Assembly (NCBI GenBank): GCA_039586795.1
Contig: JBDHJS010000026.1
Location: 1,758 to 65,757 of the forward strand
DNA length: 64,000 nt
DNA from: Gemmatimonadota bacterium
GTDB lineage: Bacteria > Gemmatimonadota > Gemmatimonadetes > Palauibacterales > KS3-K002
Reading direction: 5' to 3'
Each line of letters begins with the position of its first letter. Position 1 is the stretch's first letter. A program made the translations under genes and the position numbers. Below are positions 28,419 to 37,931 of the stretch, piece after piece. The notes under the pieces are model-generated. The model made no database searches, was not told the origin of the DNA, and saw only the letters and a list, made by a program, of their open reading frames with translations.

Positions 28419-28970
28419 TCAGGCCTCCGCGCTTCCGATCGTGCGCACACCCAACTCGCGGGCTGCACCCTGGCTCAACATCAAGCGCGCTCGATAATGC
28501 CGGTTGCGGACCTCTTCTTCGTCTCTGCCTATCATCACCGCAATCACCGAATGCCGGAGCCGCTCCACATCCGCCAGCCAGAGGACCAGGCGATCGCCAT
28601 CCTCGAGCTGATCCCACACCTGGCTCATCCAGTCACGCAGCAGCAGGTAGCCGGGGCTACCTGGCGTGGGAAAAGGCTCAACCTCCATGCCGGCGCTTGC
28701 AAAGAGCGCCTCCTCGAGCGGGGCACCCTCCGGCGCGAGCGGGTCGCGCCCGGCGCGTTGCTCTCTTTGCAGGTAGGTCGAGACGAGTACTCCGAGCATA
28801 GCGTCCCTGAAATCGACATCGCGGTGGCCTCTCGAAAACTCGTGGAACGCTCGAATGGACGCCTCCTGCAGAAGCTCCTCAGCGTGCAGCTCGTCCATCG
28901 TGAAGCAGAGCGCGGCCGAGTAGAGATCGTCCAGATGAAAGCCGATCAGCTCTTCGAAGGTCTGTCCCAT
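28419..28970 (-). CDS. ECF sigma factor (SigH/SigR-like, degenerate)
   Basis: FEE....HLDDLYSAAL...AEELLQE (region 2) and L...DRLVLWLADVE...IA..IG....VRNR.YRAR (region 4). Confidence 0.75.
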   Translation of the reverse strand: MGQTFEELIGFHLDDLYSAALCFTMDELHAEELLQEASIRAFHEFSRGHRDVDFRDAMLGVLVSTYLQREQRAGRDPLAPEGAPLEEALFASAGMEVEPFPTPGSPGYLLLRDWMSQVWDQLEDGDRLVLWLADVERLRHSVIAVMIGRDEEEVRNRHYRARLMLSQGAARELGVRTIGSAEA

Positions 28971-29034
28971 TGGAGGTACCCGCCTTCTCGAGGGTCCATC
29001 CGGGGCCGGGGCAGGCCCCGTCGCTTCCGTAAAA

Positions 29035-29060
29035 GAACATTGGGTAGGGCAAATGGTTCC
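29035..29060 (-). promoter_or_regulatory. Putative autoregulatory ECF promoter
   Basis: Minus strand GGAACC-N15-TGTTC (GGAAC-N17-GTT) about 65 nt before the sigma ATG. Confidence 0.6.
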
Positions 29061-29111
29061 CGGGGGGGGAGTTGGGGATTGTTGGGAATCGCAATTCGGG
29101 TCTGGGATCGT

Positions 29112-29225
29112 GAATTGTCGAAGCTGAGTCTGGAGTCGCTCATTCAGGGGGTGGCGAAACTGAGAACACTTCACAGGCCCGCGAAGCCCCGACTCCGTGA
29201 ATCGTTGAATCGGCTTCGACAATTC
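29112..29225. repeat. Inverted-repeat-bounded element (MITE/REP-like)
   Basis: GAATTGTCGAAGC at 29112 and its exact reverse complement GCTTCGACAATTC at 29213 (17/19 when extended); heptamer-like arrays on both flanks. Confidence 0.65.
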
Positions 29226-29284
29226 TAAGCTGACTAGAGCATTCCGATCTCGGAATCCCGAAATCGAGATTCAAGATTCCCATC

Positions 29285-29320
29285 AAGAAGAAAGGCGCTT
29301 GGGGAAGCGCCTTTCTTCTT
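29285..29320. terminator. Intrinsic, possibly bidirectional, terminator after nrdJ
   Basis: AAGAAGAAAGGCGCTT-GGGG-AAGCGCCTTTCTTCTT, perfect 16-bp inverted repeat. Confidence 0.85.
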
Positions 29321-29351
29321 CTTGGCCGAACCTAGGGAAAATTGGGGGATA

Positions 29352-32006
29352 CTATCCGCACTCCGAGTAGCCACAGGCGGTGCACTTCATGCACCCCTCG
29401 GCAAACTGCAGAGAGAAGCCGCAATCAGGACACGTCTCGATCAGCGCCTTGATGTCGCGGCCGAAATGCTTGGCCGGGTCATCCATCCGGGCATTGGGCT
29501 CTATGTTGGGCCGCTCCGCCGTCAGCGTGCCGCCGTTCCCCTTCGAGCCCGTCTGCGGGTCCTTGAGGGGCAACACCTGCTGCTCGCCCTCCTTCTCTTC
29601 CAGGTACTCCTCGATGGCCTGGGCCACCGCGTCCGGCATCGAGAGAATCTTCTTCGCACCGAACCCGACCGCCCGATCGCAGGAGATCCCGCGGATCTGC
29701 TTGCTGATCGTCGGCAGAGGCACACCGCTACGCAGCGCCAGCGAAATCAGTCGACTGATCGCTTCGCAATCGGCCATCGCCGCGCCACCCGCCTTGCCCA
29801 GCGTCGTGAACACCTCGAACGGCCGGCCCTTTTCGTCCTCATTGATCGTCACGTAGAGCGTGCCCAGCGGCGACATCATCTTGCGCGTGATTCCGCGCAG
29901 CGTGTCGGGGCGCTCCCGAACGATCGGCTTGCTCATCAGCTCGCCTTGCTTGGCCGACAGCTCCCGCTTCAGCCGTTCGTTCTCTTTGTCCAGCTTGTTC
30001 AGTTCGGCGCGGAGCTCATCGAGCTCCTTTCCGAGCTGCATGTTTGCAAGCTCGGCCTCGGAGGCGACTCCAGCATCCCCTGCCACGTCTTCGCCCTTCC
30101 GCCCAACCTCCGAGACCGAGCTCACTCCGGTAACATCGTGAGTCTTCACGACTGCCTCTGCTGTTTTACCCGTGGACAGCACCTGTCCTTCGCGCGACCC
30201 GTCGCGATAGACGGTTACTCCTTTACAGCCCAGCCTGTGGGCAAGCTCGTAGATAGAGCGCACGTAGTTGGGACTAGAATCTGCGGGGAAGTTGCAGGTC
30301 TTGGAGATGGCGCTGTCCACGAAAGTCTGATACGCGGCCTGCATCATGACGTGCTGTTCTGGCGTCACATCGTGCGCCGTGACGAAAACACTTTGCACGT
30401 CCTCAGGCACTTCGTCGAAATGAATGTGGCCCTCACACGCGATCCGCTCCATTAGTTGATCCGAGTACCACCCCTGCCGACGTGCGAGGGCCACAAAGTC
30501 CTTGTTCACATCGGGCATCAACGTGCCCGCCTGATTCCGCATGAACGCCACCGCGAACAGCGGCTCGATACCGCCCGAGCAGTCCGCGATGATCGATATC
30601 GTTCCTGTGGGCGCGACGGTCGTCAGATTGCAGTTGCGCAGCCGACGCTCCGGTCGTACGCGATTGCCGTTCGCATCACGCGCGCACGTCTGGTCGGGAC
30701 CCCAGATCGATTTCTCCCATTCCGGGAACACGCTCCGGGACGTCGCCGCCAGCTGCTCCGACTTCACCTTCGCTTCTTCGTCGACGAAATGCATCACCCG
30801 CTCGGCCAGGTCGAACGACTCTTGCGAGCCGTAGGGAATCCCCAGCTGCACCAGCATGTCGGCCCAACCCATCACGCCGAGCCCGATCCGCCGGATTCGC
30901 TGCGCCAGATCCGTGATCTCCGGCAGCGGGTAGCGGTTCGCGTCAATCACGTTGTCGAGGAAGTGCGTCGAGACATGAACCGTCTCGCGGAGTCGATCCC
31001 AGTCGATCATTCCGTCCGTTACGAACGCGCCCAGGTTCACCGAACCCAGGTTGCAAACGTCGAACGGAAGAAGCGGCTGCTCACCGCACGGGTTTGTCGC
31101 CTCGTATGAACCCAGGTGAGGAACCGGGTTGAAGTAGTTGGCCCGATCGACGAAGAACACGCCCGGCTCTCCGTTCTGCCACGCACCTTCGACTATCGCG
31201 TCGAATACGTCGCGAGCTCGCAGCCGTTCGATCACTTCGCCCTTCCGCGGACTGACCACCGCATACTCGTCATCCGCCTCCACCGCTCGCATGAATTCGT
31301 CTGTCACAGCGACGGAGATGTTGAAGTTCGTGACCCGACTGGTGTCTCGCTTGCAGTTGATGAACTTCAGTATGTCCGGATGGTCTACGCGCAGGATCCC
31401 CATGTTCGCGCCACGGCGAGTACCACCCTGCTTCACCGCTTCGGTCGAAGCGTCGTAGACCTCCATGAAGGATACTGGTCCGGAGGCGACACCCATCGTC
31501 GACCTCACCACATCACCACTGGGCCGGAGCCGCGAAAATCCGAACCCGGTGCCACCTCCGGATTGATGAATTAGCGCCATGTTGCGCAGCGTCGTGTAGA
31601 TCCCCTCCAGGGAATCCTCCACCGGCAACACGAAGCACGCCGACAGCTGGCCCAACGGACGACCCGCGTTCATCAACGTCGGGGAGTTCGGCATGAACTG
31701 CCCGTTGGCCATTATGTGATAGAACTGCTCCGCCGATTCTTGTGCCTCTGAACCGTCTGCCCCGTACTGTAGGTCCACCGACCCGATCGTCCGCGCAACA
31801 CGCCAGAACAACTCGCGCGGCGTCTCCACCGGACGCATCTCGTCGTCCTTCACCAGATAACGACGCTCCAATACCGTCAGCGCGTTCTCCGTTAGATCCG
31901 GATCGGGTAGGTCCGCCGGCGGCAAGACCGGAAGGTCTACATCCTTGCGCGCCGCTATTGTCGTCGTTGTACGAGAGCTGTCGGATCCAGTCGGTTCAGT
32001 CTGCAA
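29352..32006 (-). CDS. nrdJ: Vitamin B12-dependent (class II) ribonucleotide reductase with TSCPD-like domain and C-terminal Zn ribbon
   Basis: FMPNSPTLMNAG, LSACFV, RRGANM, TNPCGEQPL, CNLGS, APTGTIS, SKTCN, YRDGSR, SMPDA and CPDCG...EGC..C..CGYSEC motifs. Confidence 0.95.
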   Translation of the reverse strand: MQTEPTGSDSSRTTTTIAARKDVDLPVLPPADLPDPDLTENALTVLERRYLVKDDEMRPVETPRELFWRVARTIGSVDLQYGADGSEAQESAEQFYHIMANGQFMPNSPTLMNAGRPLGQLSACFVLPVEDSLEGIYTTLRNMALIHQSGGGTGFGFSRLRPSGDVVRSTMGVASGPVSFMEVYDASTEAVKQGGTRRGANMGILRVDHPDILKFINCKRDTSRVTNFNISVAVTDEFMRAVEADDEYAVVSPRKGEVIERLRARDVFDAIVEGAWQNGEPGVFFVDRANYFNPVPHLGSYEATNPCGEQPLLPFDVCNLGSVNLGAFVTDGMIDWDRLRETVHVSTHFLDNVIDANRYPLPEITDLAQRIRRIGLGVMGWADMLVQLGIPYGSQESFDLAERVMHFVDEEAKVKSEQLAATSRSVFPEWEKSIWGPDQTCARDANGNRVRPERRLRNCNLTTVAPTGTISIIADCSGGIEPLFAVAFMRNQAGTLMPDVNKDFVALARRQGWYSDQLMERIACEGHIHFDEVPEDVQSVFVTAHDVTPEQHVMMQAAYQTFVDSAISKTCNFPADSSPNYVRSIYELAHRLGCKGVTVYRDGSREGQVLSTGKTAEAVVKTHDVTGVSSVSEVGRKGEDVAGDAGVASEAELANMQLGKELDELRAELNKLDKENERLKRELSAKQGELMSKPIVRERPDTLRGITRKMMSPLGTLYVTINEDEKGRPFEVFTTLGKAGGAAMADCEAISRLISLALRSGVPLPTISKQIRGISCDRAVGFGAKKILSMPDAVAQAIEEYLEEKEGEQQVLPLKDPQTGSKGNGGTLTAERPNIEPNARMDDPAKHFGRDIKALIETCPDCGFSLQFAEGCMKCTACGYSECG

Positions 32007-32162
32007 TGGTCATATAGTCGCAAAAAATGAAAGGCCTATCGCGCTCGTCCGCGCCTCTCCACTACAAGCACTGCACTTTTTGTCAGTTTGATACGGGTCC
32101 CCGGTCCGGCCTCCGTACGACGGCGGGGGAAGGAGGCCCAGCACCTGCTCGCCTTGGGTCCG

Positions 32163-32227
32163 GCACAATATATGGTGCTTTGTTCAACTGCGCGCCCCAA
32201 AATATGGGGCCATCCCCGAATTGTCAA
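32163..32227 (-). promoter_or_regulatory. Tandem NrdR boxes overlapping a sigma70 promoter of nrdJ
   Basis: GCACAATATATGGTGC (32163-32178) and CCCCAAAATATGGGGC (32195-32210), 32 bp apart, match the acaCwAtATaTwGtg consensus. TTGACA (32227-32222)-N17-TATTTT on the minus strand. Confidence 0.8.
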
Positions 32228-32258
32228 GTATTTCTTTGCTTCTCAGACATCGGGGGTC

Positions 32259-32801
32259 TTAATTATTGGCCTGCTTGGACTTAGGCGCCGGTACCATCGC
32301 CGCCGAGAATTCGCCCGCGCCATGCGCTCGCGCCAGCCTCAGATAGTCCTCCACCGTGTACTCGATACGGCCACGCAACTCTTCATCGACCGGTCGCACC
32401 ACTTTCGCAGGCACCCCCATGACGAGCGATCCGGCCGGCACACGCATGCCTTCCGTGATCAGCGCACCCGCAGCAACCACGGACCCGGTCTCGATGACCG
32501 CGCCGCTGAGTACGATGGAGCCCATACCAATGAGGCACTCATCCTCGATCACACACCCGTGCAACAGGCACCGATGGCCAACGCCGACGCGCGCTCCAAT
32601 TCGAGTCGGGAGACCGGGGTCGATGTGGAGAATGGAGTTATCCTGGATGTTGGTCGCTTCGCCTATGGTGATCGGCTCTATGTCGCCGCGCACGACAGCC
32701 CCAAACCAAACACTGGCGTCCTTGGCGATGGTTACGCGACCCACTACGGTGGCGTTGGGCGCAATGAAGGCATCGGGATGAACCTCTGGAACGTGGGGCA
32801 A
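32259..32801 (-). CDS. Gamma carbonic anhydrase family protein
   Basis: Hexapeptide repeats; VVRGD, TNIQDN..LH, VGH...LHGC and GVPAK motifs. Confidence 0.92.
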   Translation of the reverse strand: MPHVPEVHPDAFIAPNATVVGRVTIAKDASVWFGAVVRGDIEPITIGEATNIQDNSILHIDPGLPTRIGARVGVGHRCLLHGCVIEDECLIGMGSIVLSGAVIETGSVVAAGALITEGMRVPAGSLVMGVPAKVVRPVDEELRGRIEYTVEDYLRLARAHGAGEFSAAMVPAPKSKQANN

Positions 32802-32834
32802 AGGAACCTCCGTTGGAAAAGATGAAGAAGAACA

Positions 32835-35738
32835 TCAGAACGCGATGCCCGTCGCCAGGTAAACCGTTGGATCTCCCAGCGTTCTATCGAACGGAACCGC
32901 AAAGCCCAGCCGAAACCGGTACACGGCGGAGTAGTTCGCACCGAGGTCGACGGACAACTCCGTGCCAGCCGAAGCGATCACCTCGATATCGTCCGTATCG
33001 AACCACGCCGACCCCGCATCGACGAATACGGACGCCGACAACCGGTCAAGAAACAGCGGCCAAAGACCGTAGCCGCGGCCGACGAGTATAAGCGGGAGAC
33101 GATACTCCAGGCTCGTAGCAACTATTCGGTCACCGAACTGGACACCCTCGCTGTATCCGCGCACGGGGTAAAAATCGCCGGCCCCGTAGTTGAAGCCGAA
33201 GCCGAAATCGATCGCTCTTCCCGGGATGCCACCCAACTCGAAGATGTCCGGACCGCGGTCTTCGGCATAGCTCGCACCGAAACTCAGCCGGCCGGCGATC
33301 ACGTGGTTGGCGAAGCCGAACACGGGAAAGGATAGATATCCGCTCGCTAGCCCTTCCGCCGCTACCTCCCAGCGACCGAAATCATCCGCCAGTCGCTGGT
33401 GCGACAACAGCAGCGATGCCCGCCAGCCCTTCTCTGCGCTGACCGAGCGGGGGTAGCCCCGCGCCCGGGTGAATCCGATGAGCAGCAAGGCTTCGAGATC
33501 AGTGAATGTCGAGTCAACCAACTGAACTCCGCCTGTAGGTTCTAGCTTCACGTGCTGAACGCCCACACCCGGAACGACGCTCAGCGCGTTCTGGATCCGA
33601 GGGCGAAGGAAGTTGGCCGACAGAACCAGGTCTCGTTCACGCTCAACGGTGGTGAATACTGTCCCGGTGCTCGTGCTGCGGAGCACCTCATCCCACTCTT
33701 GAGAGACACTGATTCCCAACACCGGGTTGCCGAATCCAGCATAGGAGTATGTGACTCGCGCCTCGGGCTTCTCGACCCCGGTTCGCCAACCGGCGAGGAT
33801 TCCGTAGCGGTGGCGGCGGATATCGTCGGTGCCGGCGACCAACACGCCAATGAAATCACCGGCCAGCTCATCGCTGTTTAGGGTGAAGACAGGAAGCCAG
33901 GCCTTCGGCCACAACGAGGGGAACGGGTTATATGACCGGACATCACTTGCACTGCTGACGCCGTTGTCGGATGGCGGGACCGGTGGCTCTCGCAACTCGC
34001 GCCAGCCCGGGTCCGCCAACTCCCAGGTTGTCGTGTCGAACGGTATGCGCTCGATGCGCACCCCCCGGTGGTAGTTCGCGGCATAGGCGATCCAGCGACC
34101 ATCCGGCGACATATCAGGGTCGCTGGCGCCGCTGGCGGTCCGGGTCACGCGCCACACCTTACCATCGTCCACACCCGCTTCCGGTGACAGCGTGGCATAG
34201 ATGTCGTACGGTCCATTCCGGTCCGACGCCCACAGCAGGTAACGCCCATCGGCCGACCAAGCGGGCGCCACATCCGCGGCCTCGTCTTCCGTTATCCGCT
34301 GCACCAGTCGGCCGCTCCGGTCGACAACGACGATGTCGAGCACCTCTCCTTGCATCCAGCGCTCTGCAGCGATGTATCGACCGTTCGGCGACCAGCGCGG
34401 GTGGTCCCAGTTCACACCGTATTCGAATTCGGTGATCGGTTGGGCTTCGAGGGTCGCGGGATCAATCTCTACCAGACGATTCGTTCCGCGGCCCGTCTCG
34501 ATCGCAACGAGCGAGACGCCGTCAGGAGACATGTCGGGAGACGCGTAGCGCGCGCCCTTCGTCAGTCGTCGCTCCTTTCCACTTCGCGCGTCGACTGTAT
34601 AAAGGTCGCTGTAGATGTCGTATCGATCAGCGAACTCGACCTGACTCAGATACACGACAGATCCGTCCGCCGCCCACGCGTTACCGCCGGACCCGTTACG
34701 CCTCGTGCGAACGACGTCCACTCCGGTTGCCGGGTCGATGACTACCGTAGCGGGGTCGTCGCGTGGTGTGATGTAGGTAAACGCGAGACGTTTGCCATCC
34801 CGGGAGTAGCGGGGAGTGGAGACGTTCCAGGCAAACTCGCTGAGCGGCTCACCGACGATCCAACCGCCCGCGCGCACCGAGTCCGCGAACGCTGTCGAGT
34901 AGGCCGCGAAACGCTCGCTCCAGTCCTCCCAGCTTCCGGTGAGAGTCTGCCCGTATAAAGGAGACGACGCCCAGTTCAGAGTGTACGGCAGACGCCTCGA
35001 GCCCTTTCTGGCAAGCTCCGCAAGCGTGCTATCACCATTCTGCTCGGCCACGTCGCGAAAGTACATCCCGCCGTAGGCGTACGGCGTCGTTCCAGACGGG
35101 AATATCGGAGCCAGTCCGTCCGCGGCGTCCACGGTTCGGAACGCGTTGTCCTCAGCGTCATTGCTCAACAGCATGTCAAAGGTGCTGCCGTACGCACGCC
35201 CCGCCCCCGTGAGTCGCGACTCGTAGTACGATGGCAGCCCCTCGATCACCCACTGGGGCTGATAGAAGCCAGGGAAGAACGCCGGCACGCGACCGAACAC
35301 GAACTGCGCGACACCCCAGATTCCATCCGCTCGATCGAGGTGAAAGATGTGCGTCAGTTCGTGAACCAGGGCATTGTTCAACCAATCCGTGTAGTAGTTC
35401 AACTGCCGCACGGTGAGTTGCGGCGCGGCGATCAACACAACACGGTTGTCAGGAATCGGGGTGGCTGATGCGTTCGGTCTGTCCGTGAAATCGGTGATGA
35501 CCAGCGCGATTCGACCCTTCGGCGGCTCGATGAAGTGTTCGGAAAGCGCAGCGTAGGCCCACTCGGCGCTCACCGACGCCCGCCGAGCAAACGGCTCCAT
35601 CCCTTCGGGGAAGATGACCCGGAAGTGATCGGTCTCGAACTGTAAGTATTTCTCGTCAGGTGGCACCTGCGCTCCGGCAACAGACGCCACTGACAATGAC
35701 ATCAGCGCAGCGGCAGCCAGTCGCCGGAGGCAGCTCAT
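32835..35738 (-). CDS. Outer-membrane protein: Zn-peptidase-like N-domain + PD40/TolB propeller + BamA/TamA-like barrel
   Basis: Signal peptide; ETDHFRV; HELTH...W.IEG; P.WSP.G repeats; VRGY, EYRLP and FVDAG motifs; terminal F. Confidence 0.8.
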   Translation of the reverse strand: MSCLRRLAAAALMSLSVASVAGAQVPPDEKYLQFETDHFRVIFPEGMEPFARRASVSAEWAYAALSEHFIEPPKGRIALVITDFTDRPNASATPIPDNRVVLIAAPQLTVRQLNYYTDWLNNALVHELTHIFHLDRADGIWGVAQFVFGRVPAFFPGFYQPQWVIEGLPSYYESRLTGAGRAYGSTFDMLLSNDAEDNAFRTVDAADGLAPIFPSGTTPYAYGGMYFRDVAEQNGDSTLAELARKGSRRLPYTLNWASSPLYGQTLTGSWEDWSERFAAYSTAFADSVRAGGWIVGEPLSEFAWNVSTPRYSRDGKRLAFTYITPRDDPATVVIDPATGVDVVRTRRNGSGGNAWAADGSVVYLSQVEFADRYDIYSDLYTVDARSGKERRLTKGARYASPDMSPDGVSLVAIETGRGTNRLVEIDPATLEAQPITEFEYGVNWDHPRWSPNGRYIAAERWMQGEVLDIVVVDRSGRLVQRITEDEAADVAPAWSADGRYLLWASDRNGPYDIYATLSPEAGVDDGKVWRVTRTASGASDPDMSPDGRWIAYAANYHRGVRIERIPFDTTTWELADPGWRELREPPVPPSDNGVSSASDVRSYNPFPSLWPKAWLPVFTLNSDELAGDFIGVLVAGTDDIRRHRYGILAGWRTGVEKPEARVTYSYAGFGNPVLGISVSQEWDEVLRSTSTGTVFTTVERERDLVLSANFLRPRIQNALSVVPGVGVQHVKLEPTGGVQLVDSTFTDLEALLLIGFTRARGYPRSVSAEKGWRASLLLSHQRLADDFGRWEVAAEGLASGYLSFPVFGFANHVIAGRLSFGASYAEDRGPDIFELGGIPGRAIDFGFGFNYGAGDFYPVRGYSEGVQFGDRIVATSLEYRLPLILVGRGYGLWPLFLDRLSASVFVDAGSAWFDTDDIEVIASAGTELSVDLGANYSAVYRFRLGFAVPFDRTLGDPTVYLATGIAF

Positions 35739-37849
35739 TCCATCCTCCCCAGCACGAACGCGCGCAGCCCCTCGACCACACCCCGCGCGTAGGCCTCCTG
35801 ATAATCAGGGTCTCGCAAACCTGCCTCCTGGGCCGGGATCATCATGAACGCACCCTCGGTCAACGCCGCGGGCATCCAGGTTGGCCGGGCCAGGGCAAGG
35901 CTCGAGCGACCGTAGCCAAGGTCGGGAAGACCCATCCAATCCAGAAGACCCCGCTGCAGTGCCTGCGCCAGGTCCTGCGACTGCGGGTGGAAGTAGTAGA
36001 CGCTGGTACCGTGGTTGGCGAACGGATCCACGCCATCCGGTAGAGCGTTGTTGTGGATCGAGACCAGTACGTGCGCATCGAGAAGCTCAGCAATGTACGT
36101 TCGGTCGTAGAGCCGCACCTGGCCACGATCTGTGCGGGTCATGATGGCTCGAACTCCCTCCGCTTCCAACAGACGCTTCAATCGGAATGCGATGGCAAGG
36201 TTCGCGTCTCCTTCGTACAACCGGGTTGGGCCCGTAGCTCCCGCAGGTGGATGCCCGGCATCAACGGCTACGACCAAACCGGATAGTGGCGCCCTCGAGT
36301 CGAGGCGCGGCGCCTTGCGTATCTCCAACAACAGCCCGCCGCCAACATATTTCACGCGGTAGCCCCAGGGCCGCCCTGCCAGATCGACGTGAAGCACGTA
36401 GCGCTCCGAGTCGACCTGCTCCCAGCGGGCGATCCGAACGAACTCCTCTTCGGGACCGTACCGCAACCAGTCCGTACTCGAGTACGCGCCGTACAGGATC
36501 AGCGAGATCCGTCGGTCATCGACCTCCACCTGGTACGGCACCGGGTGACTGACCTCGACCCGGGCCTCTACCCTGTCGGGCAACCCCTTGAACCTCACCG
36601 TCCCTACCCGCGCCCGCGCCGGCAACCGCACCCCGGGAAGCGGCGCCAGCTCGTCGAGCGCTACCCATGCCTCGGTTCGACCGTCCAACACCACCCGCAC
36701 CGCTCCGTTTCGTCGACCCGTGACACGAACCCGGACTCCGTCCTTCCACATCCAGAGCGTCGTTGCGCCCGGCGCCGCTCGCCCCACAATGAAACCGTCG
36801 CTTCCAATGTTCGACGGCTCTTCTCTCAGTTCCGCTGTCGTCGCTCCGTTTTGCGCAACCCACAGGTCTAGAGGCAGTGGCGTGCGGACCGTGTCGTCAT
36901 TCAGCACGACTTCCAGGACGGCGCAGTTCAGCGGCATCGTGTGTTCTGGAATGTCTCGAGTGCTGTCTGCATCGACCGCCGCCGTATCTTGATCGACTTC
37001 GACAACCTCGATCACGCTCGGCTCGGCCGTTGAGTCCGGTAGTGCTGTGAACGTATCCGCAACAACCTCGCTGCGCTCTTGTTGCGGAGGCGCGCAATAC
37101 GTTGGCACTCCCGATAGGTCCGCTGAGAGAGGTGGGAGTTCGGGACTGCCGAGTCCCCTTCCTATACCGCCGTACGCTATCAACTCCCCTCTGTAGATTC
37201 CGGAGGCAGTCGCGGATCCCGCGTTCGTCGGGACCTGTCCAAATACCCAGTTCGCATTCGAGTTGCTCGACCTGGTGGTGACCTCGCGAAGCTCTAGCTC
37301 GCTGCTGTCCGGTAGCAGCAGCCTCACGCGAGCGCCGGGGGACGCCCGCACGCCGATCGGTACGACCTCTCGCTCGCGCACCCACCACGCGCCGCGCGGC
37401 GTTGCCGTCGCCGGATCCAACACTACCGAATCCGTCGTCAGGGGCTCTGGCGAGCGGGGCAAGCGTACGGTGTGCTCTTCTCGCACCTCCTGCCCACCCA
37501 ACGCAGCAGTCAACCGATAGGTGCCAACCGAGTCTCCCGGCATACCGGGGACCGGAAGCCAGGCGAGAAACGATCCGTTGGGTTCGACGCGCACGTCGTC
37601 GCCGTTGATCACCAGCTGCGCCGCACCATTCCCTACCGAGCCGAAGATGAAGTTGGAGTCTCGTGCGGTGATGAAGGCGGAGTCTCGCGGGTAGACTACG
37701 TCGATAACCAGCTCACCGTGACGCGGGGGAATCGGCGGTGGACCGACAACCGTGGGCGGATGCCCGGCACAAGCCGTCACGATCGTTAGAACGACGGCCG
37801 ACAACGCCACACGCACAAACCCTTCGCCATCCAGTCGCAGGATCGACAC
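35735..37849 (-). CDS. N-acetylmuramoyl-L-alanine amidase, large lipoprotein
   Basis: VTAC lipobox; C-terminal VDAGHPP, SIHNNA and LTEG motifs. Confidence 0.85.
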   Translation of the reverse strand: MSILRLDGEGFVRVALSAVVLTIVTACAGHPPTVVGPPPIPPRHGELVIDVVYPRDSAFITARDSNFIFGSVGNGAAQLVINGDDVRVEPNGSFLAWLPVPGMPGDSVGTYRLTAALGGQEVREEHTVRLPRSPEPLTTDSVVLDPATATPRGAWWVREREVVPIGVRASPGARVRLLLPDSSELELREVTTRSSNSNANWVFGQVPTNAGSATASGIYRGELIAYGGIGRGLGSPELPPLSADLSGVPTYCAPPQQERSEVVADTFTALPDSTAEPSVIEVVEVDQDTAAVDADSTRDIPEHTMPLNCAVLEVVLNDDTVRTPLPLDLWVAQNGATTAELREEPSNIGSDGFIVGRAAPGATTLWMWKDGVRVRVTGRRNGAVRVVLDGRTEAWVALDELAPLPGVRLPARARVGTVRFKGLPDRVEARVEVSHPVPYQVEVDDRRISLILYGAYSSTDWLRYGPEEEFVRIARWEQVDSERYVLHVDLAGRPWGYRVKYVGGGLLLEIRKAPRLDSRAPLSGLVVAVDAGHPPAGATGPTRLYEGDANLAIAFRLKRLLEAEGVRAIMTRTDRGQVRLYDRTYIAELLDAHVLVSIHNNALPDGVDPFANHGTSVYYFHPQSQDLAQALQRGLLDWMGLPDLGYGRSSLALARPTWMPAALTEGAFMMIPAQEAGLRDPDYQEAYARGVVEGLRAFVLGRME

Positions 37850-37931
37850 CTCGCTGTAACGAGTGACCTCAACCTCGTGCGGAATCTACGCCCTATGTTC
37901 GCCGGCGGTCAAAAAGTCGACAGAGCTCGAA

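Noticed and set aside
28971-29222. N-terminal extension of the ECF sigma ORF shown in the track
   Set aside because: It runs through the promoter and palindromic element; sigma similarity begins at ATG 28970.
29322-30455. 377-aa plus-strand ORF, and similar long antisense ORFs (9867-10919, 17093-18055, 27685-28497, 42771-43577)
   Set aside because: Each lies opposite a well-supported gene and has no recognisable domain.
32007-32160. Cobalamin riboswitch expected before B12-dependent nrdJ
   Set aside because: No B12-box or GGGAA/GCCACTG elements recognised; NrdR boxes account for the regulation.
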